NCBI GenBank assembly: GCA_963742235.1
Contig: CAVULT010000026.1
Coordinates: 277,083-341,082 of the forward strand
Reading direction: 5' to 3'
Length of the DNA stretch: 64,000 bases
Source of the DNA: Candidatus Aminicenantes bacterium
GTDB taxonomy: Bacteria > Acidobacteriota > Aminicenantia > Aminicenantales > Saccharicenantaceae
This document shows, piece after piece, positions 52,836 through 61,500 of the stretch; position 1 is the stretch's first letter, and each line of letters opens with the position of its first letter. The notes beneath the pieces were generated by a model. That model saw only the letters and a program-made list of their open reading frames with translations, was not told the DNA's origin and searched no databases. The position numbers and the translations under genes are program-made.

Positions 52836-54953
52836 TCAGGGCCGCTGGCCGAGCTTCTGGACCCCGACGAAATCGAGGCCGATCTCCGGCCGGGCCGCCC
52901 CGGTGTCGCTTCCCTTGTATTCGAGGATGAGCGTGTGATCGCCCGCCGCGAGGTCGGCCGGTTCGAGGGAGAAGGTCCTTGAAAGCGTTCGAAACCGGTC
53001 GTAGAGATCGATCGTCGCGGGCTCGGCCGTTCCGCCGGCCGGAGAGCCGTCGAGCCAGGCGGCGAACCTGCCGGAGCGAGGGGTCAAGGCGGCCGTGATG
53101 TGGATCTGCGTCCTGCCCGCCCGTTCGACCCGGATCCTGAGCTCCTTCCGGTCGCCGGATCTCTCCGGAGTCCAGACGAGGAGCCGTCCGCCCGCCCAGA
53201 GCCGTCCCTCCCTGAGGACTGTGTCCTTGCGCCCGGACATGATCTCCTCGACGGCGTAGAACGCGGAATTCGCGGCCCCGAACCGGGCGGCGGGCTGCCA
53301 GCCGTCGGGCAGCTGAAGGCGGCGAAGGTCGGAGGGCTGTATGGCCTCGACGTCGTCGATCGTCCCCGGACGGGCATAGTAATATCCGGTCCGGGCATAG
53401 GACAGCCCCGGCGTCCGCTCATGGCTCGAGAGCTCCATGCTGAATCCGATGGAGCTCTCGAAGGGGATGGCGTCGAGGACGTGCCAGCGGAAGTTGGTGA
53501 CGAAGCCCCTGTTGCCCGGCCCGTCGTTCCGGGGCTGGCCGCAGTAGGGAAAAAAGAAGATGTCGGGAGCCGACCAGGAATAATTATAGTAATCCTCCGA
53601 GCCCGTGCCGAAGATGGACGGGACCTTGTCGCCGTCGACGAAGACCTTTTCGTCCCCTTCTCCCCACCAGTTGCCCCATGGCGTCGGCACGGCCGCCGGA
53701 TTGAGGAGGATCGAGGTCGTGCCGACGTAGACGCCTTGGCCCCTGGCCAGGAGGAACGGCAGGTCCTGGACATCCTCGCCCGAGGCGATGAGGTCGTGAT
53801 CGACCCGCCAGCGGGCTCGGAAGTGCAGGGCCCCTGCGTTCCAGGCGAAATCCTCGGGCACGCCCTCTCCCGAGACGCGGACCGGCTGGCCGCCCCGGTT
53901 CTCGAGAAGAAGCGCCAAGGACCGCTCAAAGGGCATGACGAACCGGCAGGACATGCGGCCGTCCTCGGCGACCGAGAACGGGAGCGACCGGTAGGGATTG
54001 ACCCCCGGCGCGGCGCCGAAGAAGTCCCCCACCGGGGATTGGACCTGGCCCCGGGGGAAACCGTCGCATACGATGTGGAGAACGGTCTGTCTCAGGCCCG
54101 CGTCCAGGTCGTCGGCCCGCAGCCGCAGCCAGAAGCTCTCGAGGGCGCTGGGGCCTTCGAGGGTGAGGACCTGCCGCTTCTCTCCGGGAGCGAGCTCGAC
54201 CTCGAAAGTCCGGGGGGGTTTGGCCGACGGAGAGGCCGGGCGGGACTCGGGATCGGCCAGAACCGCGGTGACGCGGTCGATCGTTCCCCTGAATGTGGAA
54301 ATGTCATCCGGCTTGAAGGACGCGACGGCGGTGCCCGGGGAGTAGCGCCGGATCCCGATGTGATAGAAATGGATCTCGTCGAGCTTCCCGGTCCAGACGA
54401 TGCGGAGACGCCTGGCGAATGGAAGGGGCGCGTAGGAAGCGTCGCGCTGATACACTGTGGCCCGGAAGCGCTCGGAGTCGACCGCCCGCATTTCCGGGAA
54501 GATGTCATAAGGCCGGCGGAAAAACGGCTCGGCCTCGCCGTCGTAAAGAGGGCGGTCCATGTCGTCCACATAAACCCGAAGACGGCCGGCGATCGCCGCC
54601 GTCCAGAGGCGGACGACGGCGCCCGGGCCCGGGACGTCGGCCATGAGGTATTCGCCCGGGCCGGCCCCCACGGGCGCCGTAAGAACGGCCTCGAAATTCG
54701 GGACGGGCTCGCCCCCGAACCCGTCGGCGTTGGCGAACCAGTCCGGGCCGCCGGGGATCCGGCTGCGACGATCGGTCGAGGAGAACTGGACGGTGCGGAA
54801 CGCGGGCTCGGGGAACCGGGCCAGGCCGTCGAGGTCGATCATCTCCTCGAATAGCGTTCCGGTGGTCACCTGGGGACGGCCGCCCGGACAAGCGGCGCAT
54901 AGGGCGACAAGGAGTCCGGCGAGAAGCGAGCCGAACCCGAAATTCTTGACCAT
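52836..54953 (-). CDS. DUF2961 / GH172-like glycoside hydrolase (lipoprotein)
   Basis: 705 aa with lipobox LVALCAAC. NWWGEGDEKVFVDGDKVPSIFGTGSEDYYNYSW and LHFRARW are DUF2961 core motifs as I recall them. Confidence 0.78.
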   Translation of the reverse strand: MVKNFGFGSLLAGLLVALCAACPGGRPQVTTGTLFEEMIDLDGLARFPEPAFRTVQFSSTDRRSRIPGGPDWFANADGFGGEPVPNFEAVLTAPVGAGPGEYLMADVPGPGAVVRLWTAAIAGRLRVYVDDMDRPLYDGEAEPFFRRPYDIFPEMRAVDSERFRATVYQRDASYAPLPFARRLRIVWTGKLDEIHFYHIGIRRYSPGTAVASFKPDDISTFRGTIDRVTAVLADPESRPASPSAKPPRTFEVELAPGEKRQVLTLEGPSALESFWLRLRADDLDAGLRQTVLHIVCDGFPRGQVQSPVGDFFGAAPGVNPYRSLPFSVAEDGRMSCRFVMPFERSLALLLENRGGQPVRVSGEGVPEDFAWNAGALHFRARWRVDHDLIASGEDVQDLPFLLARGQGVYVGTTSILLNPAAVPTPWGNWWGEGDEKVFVDGDKVPSIFGTGSEDYYNYSWSAPDIFFFPYCGQPRNDGPGNRGFVTNFRWHVLDAIPFESSIGFSMELSSHERTPGLSYARTGYYYARPGTIDDVEAIQPSDLRRLQLPDGWQPAARFGAANSAFYAVEEIMSGRKDTVLREGRLWAGGRLLVWTPERSGDRKELRIRVERAGRTQIHITAALTPRSGRFAAWLDGSPAGGTAEPATIDLYDRFRTLSRTFSLEPADLAAGDHTLILEYKGSDTGAARPEIGLDFVGVQKLGQRP

Positions 54954-54984
54954 GCGGCCTCCTCTCCCGGCCAGGAGAGCTCGC

Positions 54985-57426
54985 TCAATCGTAAAGAACG
55001 AGCTCCCGCGTCGCCCGGGGGGGAGGGTAGGCCGTCAGCCAGGCCTCGGGCCTCACGCCGTTCGTCCCGCCCCGGAGAATGAGGACGACGATGTCGATGG
55101 TCTTTCCGGCCGTCGACGCGGGCAGGGGAAAATAATAGGTATAGTTCTTGTCACTCTCGACGTTGAAGTATTCCCAGGTATTGCTGGGGAAGGAAACGGC
55201 CCGGTCAGGGGCTCCGACGGGCCGACCGTCGACGCGAAGAGCGGCCCAGGCGCCTTCGACGCCGTGGGTCCCGTTCAGGGCCACGGCCAGATAGGCGTTC
55301 TCCGAAACCTCTTCGGGCTTGAAGGTCAGCTGCCAGGCGGATACGGCGGCCGCGCGCGAATAGGCAGGGAAGAGGTTGGAGGCCCGCCATGAGGACCGGT
55401 CGAGGGGACGGCCGTTCCGAAAGGCCTCGACCTCGGAGAGGCGGCGCGGGGCGCCGCTCATGCGGAGGTAGCGCAGGGGCTTTTCCGGAGGCGTCTTGAG
55501 CTCGGCGATCGTTCCCTTCCCGCCCCAGGCCGGGCTCAGGGGGATCCACGTTTCGAGGTCCTCGGAAACTTCCGCCGTGGCCTCGTCGCCGAAGCGATCG
55601 AGGTCGGGACTGAGGTCGGCCGCCTGGCGGTCGCGCACCTTGAGCACGATCCTGTCCAGCCGCTCGGGCCGGCCGAGATCCAAGCGGAAAGACCGGCCGT
55701 CGAGACGGGCCACGAAGGCCGTTCCGATATTCCCGTCGAAGAGGTTCTTGTCCCAGATCGCCCGGTTGACGAACATGGGCTTCGTGAAAAAGGCCGTCCG
55801 GGCCGCCTTGACCTGAGGGACGGCGCTCGGGCCGGAGCGGAGGAGGGAGCGCACCTCGAGGGCGTTGTTGTCCGCGGCGAAGCAAGTCGCCTCGAACAAC
55901 GCTTCGGCGTCCACGGGAACGGGGCAGGGTTCGAGGTCGCCGATCTTCCGGTGCCAGGCGTCGTTCAGGCCGCGGCCGGGGAATTCCACCCGAAGGATCC
56001 TGTCGTCGAGAAGGGCGGCCGCGTCGGCGCCGTCCAAGGCGGCCCGGCGGAAGGCCCGGCCGCCCGAGACCAGCCGGATCTCTTTTCGGGCTCCCGGTTC
56101 GCCCAGGAGTCTGATGACCGCGGGCTTGCCCGTCGTCTCCCGGACGACCTCATAATCGCAGCCCTCGACGCCGATCTCGGGAAGCGCTCGCGTCGAGGCG
56201 GCGATGAGACAGGACCGGAAGGGCGCGACTTCGACGGCCAGGTCGGAGCCTCTCGGAAAGCGACCGAGCACCGCCTCGGAAGGATGGAAGCGGCGGACCT
56301 CGATCTCCCCGCCGGATCCGAGGCCGATGGTCTCGTCGAGGCGGATCGAGTACGTCACGGGATCCCAGGTCAGGTTGCGGAGCGTGATGAAGCGGGTCGC
56401 GCCGTCCCCTCTGGAGACGGCGAAGGGGCCGCAGCGATCCTCGTCGAGGACGACGGCGCCCGGCAGGATATCGCGGTACTTGCGGTGAAGGTTGAAGATC
56501 CGGGCCAGTTTGGGAAATTCGTCGTCCCTCAGCAGCCAGGGATTGCCGTAGATCGAGGGAGCAAGCAGCAGGCAACGGTTGAAGGCCTGGAGGATCAGGT
56601 CATCCTCCCAGAAATCCAGGCAGGAAGAAAGGCATACGCCGTGGTCCTCGAGGCGGCGGGTCAGGCCCGGCGGCAGCTCCCGGGCCAGGGCCCCGGCCCT
56701 GTGGTGAGAGGCGGTCCCGCTGTTGGGCATGAAGACGTCGATATAGGTCTCGACCCCCTCCCAGAGGGAGACACTCTCGACCCCGGCGGCGGAGCCGAGC
56801 TTCACCCGATGGTTCTGGACGAGAAGGTCGGGGCGATAGACCCGGCAGGCCTCCATGGCCCGGCGGAAGACGTCCTGTTTCTCCGGCCGGAGCTGGCCGG
56901 CCACGGCGTCGAACTTGAAGGCGATGAAGTCATAGTCCCGGCAAAGCGAGACGAGCATGTCGAGACGGGCCTTTTCCTCTTCGGGCGTGTCGCCGAAGCC
57001 GTCGGGGCCCATCCAGACGCCCAATCGGCCGCCGAAGCCGGCCGCCTTCTTGACCAGGGGGGCGAAACCTCGGGGGAACTGCGCTTTGAATTCCTCGCTA
57101 TCCAATGTCCCATAATGGTACGGGATGAGGCGTCCGACACCGGCCGTGTACGGCCCGTCATCGATGTTGCCCACGTCGAGGGAATAGACGTCGAGGGTCA
57201 GGCCGTATTCGTCATGGAGCCATTGGAAGAAGGCCAGGTTGACGAGGGACTGGGTCTCGGTCGTCCCCTCGTACTGGCTGTTGATCCAATCGAAATAGTG
57301 AGACCGGGACGGGGTGAGCTCGCCGGCCGGGCCGAGGACCGAAGGCGCGGTCCGGTCCTGATCCCCGCTCGAGCAGGCGGCCGCGAAGATCAGGGCCGAG
57401 AGAATGGCGGCCGGTCGGGAGATCAT
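54985..57426 (-). CDS. Lipoprotein, putative glycosidase-like N-terminal region with C-terminal discoidin (F5/8 type C)-like domain
   Basis: Start at ATG 57426 (MISRPAAILSALIFAAAC lipobox); the 36-aa track extension is discarded. Function is inferred only from the neighbourhood and from NLFDGNIGTAF...LDLG in the C-terminal region. The N-terminal family is not recognised. Confidence 0.6.
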   Translation of the reverse strand: MISRPAAILSALIFAAACSSGDQDRTAPSVLGPAGELTPSRSHYFDWINSQYEGTTETQSLVNLAFFQWLHDEYGLTLDVYSLDVGNIDDGPYTAGVGRLIPYHYGTLDSEEFKAQFPRGFAPLVKKAAGFGGRLGVWMGPDGFGDTPEEEKARLDMLVSLCRDYDFIAFKFDAVAGQLRPEKQDVFRRAMEACRVYRPDLLVQNHRVKLGSAAGVESVSLWEGVETYIDVFMPNSGTASHHRAGALARELPPGLTRRLEDHGVCLSSCLDFWEDDLILQAFNRCLLLAPSIYGNPWLLRDDEFPKLARIFNLHRKYRDILPGAVVLDEDRCGPFAVSRGDGATRFITLRNLTWDPVTYSIRLDETIGLGSGGEIEVRRFHPSEAVLGRFPRGSDLAVEVAPFRSCLIAASTRALPEIGVEGCDYEVVRETTGKPAVIRLLGEPGARKEIRLVSGGRAFRRAALDGADAAALLDDRILRVEFPGRGLNDAWHRKIGDLEPCPVPVDAEALFEATCFAADNNALEVRSLLRSGPSAVPQVKAARTAFFTKPMFVNRAIWDKNLFDGNIGTAFVARLDGRSFRLDLGRPERLDRIVLKVRDRQAADLSPDLDRFGDEATAEVSEDLETWIPLSPAWGGKGTIAELKTPPEKPLRYLRMSGAPRRLSEVEAFRNGRPLDRSSWRASNLFPAYSRAAAVSAWQLTFKPEEVSENAYLAVALNGTHGVEGAWAALRVDGRPVGAPDRAVSFPSNTWEYFNVESDKNYTYYFPLPASTAGKTIDIVVLILRGGTNGVRPEAWLTAYPPPRATRELVLYD

Positions 57427-57460
57427 GCTCAAGTCGGCGGTCCGTGCGGCGTTTGCACGG

Positions 57461-57489
57461 AGGATAGAACAGCCTCTTCCGGCTGTCAA
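57461..57489 (-). promoter_or_regulatory. sigma70-like promoter for the glycosidase cluster
   Basis: Minus strand: TTGACA-N17-TATCCT, about 35 nt upstream of ATG 57426. Confidence 0.45.
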
Positions 57490-57528
57490 GGCCGTTTCTG
57501 GGCGCCACTGCAGCTTGAGGCGCCCGGT

Positions 57529-57544
57529 TGGCATGTTTCTTGAT
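57529..57544 (+). promoter_or_regulatory. sigma54-type -24/-12-like element upstream of htrA
   Basis: TGGCATGTTTCTTGAT, 34 nt upstream of ATG 57578, leaving room for the AAGGGAG SD. Confidence 0.45.
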
Positions 57545-57577
57545 TATATTTCACCAGGAAGAAGGGAGATTTTATCC

Positions 57578-59083
57578 ATGAAACACCCAAAGATCGTCAT
57601 TTTTTTCGTTCTGATCGGCCTGATTGTGTTCACTTCGGCCGTTGGGGCCGCGTCCCGGGATAAGGCTGGAGTGACCGGTCTTCCGGGCGGGCAAGTCAGG
57701 CCCAACGCACCGGACGCCGCCCAGATCCACGCCTTGATGGCGGAGATCAGCGACGCTTTCGAGCAGGCGGCCGACAAGGTCAGCGGTTTCGTCGTCCCGA
57801 TCTTCGCCGAGCAGGTCGTCCAGAGCCAGGGCCAGGGCCTGCCTGACGACGCCTTGAGGCAGTTCTTCGGGGACGACTTTTTCAAGCGCTTCTTCGGCGC
57901 TCCCGCCCAGCCCCAAAGAAAGACGGTACGCAGCCTGGGTTCGGGCGTCATCGTCTCCCCGGACGGGCACATCCTGACGAACAATCACGTCGTCGCGGGC
58001 GCGGATAAGCTGACTGTGATCCTCAAGGACAAGAAAAGATACGAGGCCAAGGTCATCGGGACGGACCCGCTGAGCGACGTGGCGGTGATCAAGATCGCGG
58101 CCCAGAACCTCCCGTCGGCCGTCCTCGGCGACTCCGACGCGGTCCGGGTCGGGCAATGGGTCATCGCCGTCGGCAATCCGTTCGCCCTGCTGCGGACGGT
58201 GACGCACGGCATCATCAGCGCCACGGGCCGGTCCTCGGTCGGCCTGGCCGCCTATGAGGACTTCATCCAGACCGATGCGCCGATCAACCCCGGCAACAGC
58301 GGCGGCGCGCTGGCCGATCTCGACGGGAACGTCATCGCGATCAACTCGGCCATCTCCAGCCCCACGGGAGGCAATGTCGGGCTCGGCTTCGCCATTCCGA
58401 TCAATATGGCCAAGTCCATCATGGCCGAGCTCCTGTCGAAGGGCCGGGTCATCCGGGGGTACCTGGGGGTGACCGCTCAAGACATCGACGAATCCCTGGT
58501 CAAGCCGCTCGGGCTCAAAGATACGAAGGGGGCCCTCGTCAGTGATGTGACTCCCGAGAGTCCCGCCGACGGGGCTAAGATCAAGCCCGGCGACGTCATC
58601 GTCGAATTCGACGGGAAACCGGTGGAGTCCAGCACGGATGTCCATAACCTGGCCGCCGCGACCGCCCCCGGAACCCGGGTCAAGATCGGCCTCCTCCGGG
58701 ACGGGGAGAGGGTCGATGTCTACGCCACGTTGGGCGAACGGCCAGCGGCCAAGTCGCCCGCCACGCCCGCTCCTTCGGAGGGGCCGAAGGGGCCGACGAG
58801 CCCAAAGCTCGGGATCAGCATCCAGACCCTGACACCGGACATCGCCCGGCAGCTGGGTTATGGGTCCGATAAGGGCGTGCTCATCACCGACGTCGCCCCC
58901 GGCGGCCCCGGCGACGACGCCGAGCTCCAACGAGGCGACCTGATCAAGGAAGTCAACCGGGTGGCCGTGACCACGACCCGTGACTTCGAAGCGGCCGTCG
59001 CCGGGGCGAAGAGCGGCGACACTCTCGCCCTCCGCGTCAGGAGAGGGCAGGAAAACCTATTCATTCCGTTGAAGGTCCGATAA
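57578..59083 (+). CDS. htrA: Periplasmic serine endoprotease DegP/HtrA (Do family) with two PDZ domains
   Basis: Start at ATG 57578 (AAGGGAG SD). Catalytic triad context ILTNNHVV, DVAVIKI and TDAPINPGNSGGAL. Two PDZ-like regions (GYLGVTAQDI..., GISIQTLTPDIARQLG...). Confidence 0.93.
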   Translation: MKHPKIVIFFVLIGLIVFTSAVGAASRDKAGVTGLPGGQVRPNAPDAAQIHALMAEISDAFEQAADKVSGFVVPIFAEQVVQSQGQGLPDDALRQFFGDDFFKRFFGAPAQPQRKTVRSLGSGVIVSPDGHILTNNHVVAGADKLTVILKDKKRYEAKVIGTDPLSDVAVIKIAAQNLPSAVLGDSDAVRVGQWVIAVGNPFALLRTVTHGIISATGRSSVGLAAYEDFIQTDAPINPGNSGGALADLDGNVIAINSAISSPTGGNVGLGFAIPINMAKSIMAELLSKGRVIRGYLGVTAQDIDESLVKPLGLKDTKGALVSDVTPESPADGAKIKPGDVIVEFDGKPVESSTDVHNLAAATAPGTRVKIGLLRDGERVDVYATLGERPAAKSPATPAPSEGPKGPTSPKLGISIQTLTPDIARQLGYGSDKGVLITDVAPGGPGDDAELQRGDLIKEVNRVAVTTTRDFEAAVAGAKSGDTLALRVRRGQENLFIPLKVR

Positions 59084-60490
59084 GGGCCCCTGCGGCTCCT
59101 TGAGCGAGGCCAGGATGGCCGAGGCGACCGGGCCGTAGCCCCCGCCCAGCCGGTGGCCGCCCGGGATCTCGACCGACTTGACCCGGCGGGCGTCGAGAGC
59201 GCCGCAGATCTGGTCCTTATCCCCCTCGCCATAAACGCACAGAATGGCCACGCTCGGCCTGATCTTCTGGATCTCCGGGATGACCGGAAGGGCGTTCCGG
59301 CCCGGCGAGCGGCCAAGCCAGTCGCCCAGATGGAACTCGAACTCGGCGCTCGCGCTCGGGCCCATCAGGACGACGGTGTCCACCGCGGCCTGGACGTCCT
59401 CGGGCAGCCGGTTCATCAAGAACGGCAGGACGTCCGCGCCGAGAGAGTAGCCGATGAGAACGGCCTGCTTTTTGTTCCAGGCCCTAAGATAGTGCCTCAG
59501 GATCCTTCCGAGTGCCGAGGCCGACTCTTCCGGGGTCTTTCTGTCCCAGAAATATTTGAGGGAGTTGAGGGCGACGACGGATACGCCGGCGGCCGCCAGA
59601 GCGTTCGAGAGGCCCCGGTCGGCGACGGCCCAGCCGCCGTCGCCGGTGAGCAGGACGCCCAGGACATCGCGCCCGGCCCCTTTGGCCGGGACCTCGATGA
59701 GGGGCAGGTCCTGGAGGCTCTCGACCGCGGCCTGATGCTCGACCGGCGGCGCGCTCGTGATGCGGCCGAAGGCCTGCTTGAACTGGGGCATCCAGCTCTG
59801 CTGGACCATGAAGCCGTGTCCGACCTTGGGGAGCATCATGATCTCGGCGTTTCGTGTCCGGCGGACGAAATCCTGGGTCGCGACGGGGGCGCAGACCTGG
59901 TCGTCCAGGCCCTGAAGAGCGACCCAGGGGACCTCGAGATTGGCCGAGGGCAGGAAGACGAATTCGCCCGGCTTGGCCCCCGTCTTCCATTCGAGCCCGC
60001 TCCCCTTGCAGAGGGGCTTGGGCAGGACGAGGTCGGGGCAGAACCCGAGACTGACCGCGCCTCGGAACTCCGCCGCCGGGGCCTGGACGAGAATGGCATA
60101 GACGAGGGTCGCGCCTGAGGAATAGCCGACCAGGACAGGGGGAATGTAGCTGGGCAGCCCGGCCGTTCGCTGGACGAACTTGCTCAATTCCTCGAAGTCC
60201 GAGGCCGGGTAAAAACACGCCTCGGTGCCGCGGGCCGACTCCCCCAAGTAATGGGTGATGTCGATCCCGGCCACGAGCGCGCCGAGCCCGGCCAGTGACC
60301 TGGCCATGTCGACGACCCCGAGATTCCAGCCTCCGTCCCCGGAGACGAAGAGGACGACCTGGGCCGCGGGGCCGGCGCTGCGATAGAGCGTGACGGGTCC
60401 GAAGCGGCCGAAGTCGACGACTTCTTCCGCGCCGGAGAGAAGGCCCGAACAGACCAGGACCAGGGCAACCAGGAGACGGCTCGTTTTCAT
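59057..60490 (-). CDS. acvB: AcvB/VirJ-family protein (lysyl-phosphatidylglycerol hydrolase-like)
   Basis: Start at ATG 60490 overlaps the upstream stop (ATGA). Signal peptide MKTSRLLVALVLVCSG. Duplicated alpha/beta modules FVSGDGGWNLG and LLTGDGGWAVAD...LNSLKYFW...LIGYSLGADVLPF are typical of VirJ/AcvB. Confidence 0.82.
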   Translation of the reverse strand: MKTSRLLVALVLVCSGLLSGAEEVVDFGRFGPVTLYRSAGPAAQVVLFVSGDGGWNLGVVDMARSLAGLGALVAGIDITHYLGESARGTEACFYPASDFEELSKFVQRTAGLPSYIPPVLVGYSSGATLVYAILVQAPAAEFRGAVSLGFCPDLVLPKPLCKGSGLEWKTGAKPGEFVFLPSANLEVPWVALQGLDDQVCAPVATQDFVRRTRNAEIMMLPKVGHGFMVQQSWMPQFKQAFGRITSAPPVEHQAAVESLQDLPLIEVPAKGAGRDVLGVLLTGDGGWAVADRGLSNALAAAGVSVVALNSLKYFWDRKTPEESASALGRILRHYLRAWNKKQAVLIGYSLGADVLPFLMNRLPEDVQAAVDTVVLMGPSASAEFEFHLGDWLGRSPGRNALPVIPEIQKIRPSVAILCVYGEGDKDQICGALDARRVKSVEIPGGHRLGGGYGPVASAILASLKEPQGPLSDLQRNE

Positions 60491-61500
60491 GTCAGGGCCT
60501 CCTTTTCTTTTTCTTTGATCTTGGCCTTGAGCGTGGCCAGCTTCATCCCCGTTCGGCCCAGGGCCAGGAGCCCGAGCACCCACAAAGGGATCGAGAGAAG
60601 AACGTAGACGACGATGGAGAAACCCGCGGCGGCCGTCTTGTCCACGCCGAACAGGGTCAGCCCGAGGACACAGAAGAGCTGATACAGGCCGAGGTTCCCG
60701 GGGGCGCCGGGTATCACGGTGCCGAAGCGGACGATGAGAAAGACGGCGCCGCCCACCCAGAACGAGAGGCGCAGGCCGTAGGCCGCCATGATGAACCAGA
60801 AGGAGAGCGTCTGGAGCAAGAGGATCAGGAAGGAACCGGAGAACGCGGCCGCCGAAAGCCGGGTGAATCCGATCGACCGCAGCCCTTCTTCGAGCTTCCT
60901 GAGATTGAGGACGATCCAGCGCGTCGCCCTCCAGCGCATGAGCTTGCCCGGCCGTCCGGGGCGGGGCTCACGGGCCTTCCGGACCAGGAGGTAGACCAGG
61001 ACCGCGGTCAGGGCCAGCATGGCCAAGCCGAAGACGTCGCCGGCCTGGAGCAGGTCACGCGGAAGCGGGACGAAGATCGCCGTGATGCCGATGCCGGCCG
61101 CGAGCCAGATCCCGTCGAAGAGCCGTTCCAGGGCCATCGAGGGGACGACCGCGACAAGGGGCGCCGCCATCCAGCGCGAGACCGGGTAGGCCCGGGCGAG
61201 CTCGCCGAGGTGGAACGGGACGACCTCGTTGAAGAACAGGCCGGCATAGACCGCCTGGGTGGCCTGCAGCACCGAGATCTTCCCAAGCGGCCTGAGCAGG
61301 AGACGCCAACGGGCGCCCTGGACGGCATAGCTCACAATGTCGAGAAGGACGCCAAGGGCCACCCAGCGCCAATCGAGCCCGGTGACGCTCTTCAGGAGCT
61401 TCGCCCACTCCACGTCGTGGAAGACCCAGAAAAGGCCCGCGGCGGCGATGATGTAGGCGGCCGCCCACCGCAAGACCTTCCTGGCGGGCGGCTTAAGCAC
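60487..61500 (-). CDS. Flippase-like LPG-synthase-TM (UPF0104) membrane protein; stand-alone MprF flippase-type domain
   Basis: 337 aa, about 8 helices. YAVQGARWRLLLRPLG, FFNEVVPFHLGELARA and IPGAPGNLGLYQ resemble the MprF N-terminal/UPF0104 family. Confidence 0.8.
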   Translation of the reverse strand: MLKPPARKVLRWAAAYIIAAAGLFWVFHDVEWAKLLKSVTGLDWRWVALGVLLDIVSYAVQGARWRLLLRPLGKISVLQATQAVYAGLFFNEVVPFHLGELARAYPVSRWMAAPLVAVVPSMALERLFDGIWLAAGIGITAIFVPLPRDLLQAGDVFGLAMLALTAVLVYLLVRKAREPRPGRPGKLMRWRATRWIVLNLRKLEEGLRSIGFTRLSAAAFSGSFLILLLQTLSFWFIMAAYGLRLSFWVGGAVFLIVRFGTVIPGAPGNLGLYQLFCVLGLTLFGVDKTAAAGFSIVVYVLLSIPLWVLGLLALGRTGMKLATLKAKIKEKEKEALT

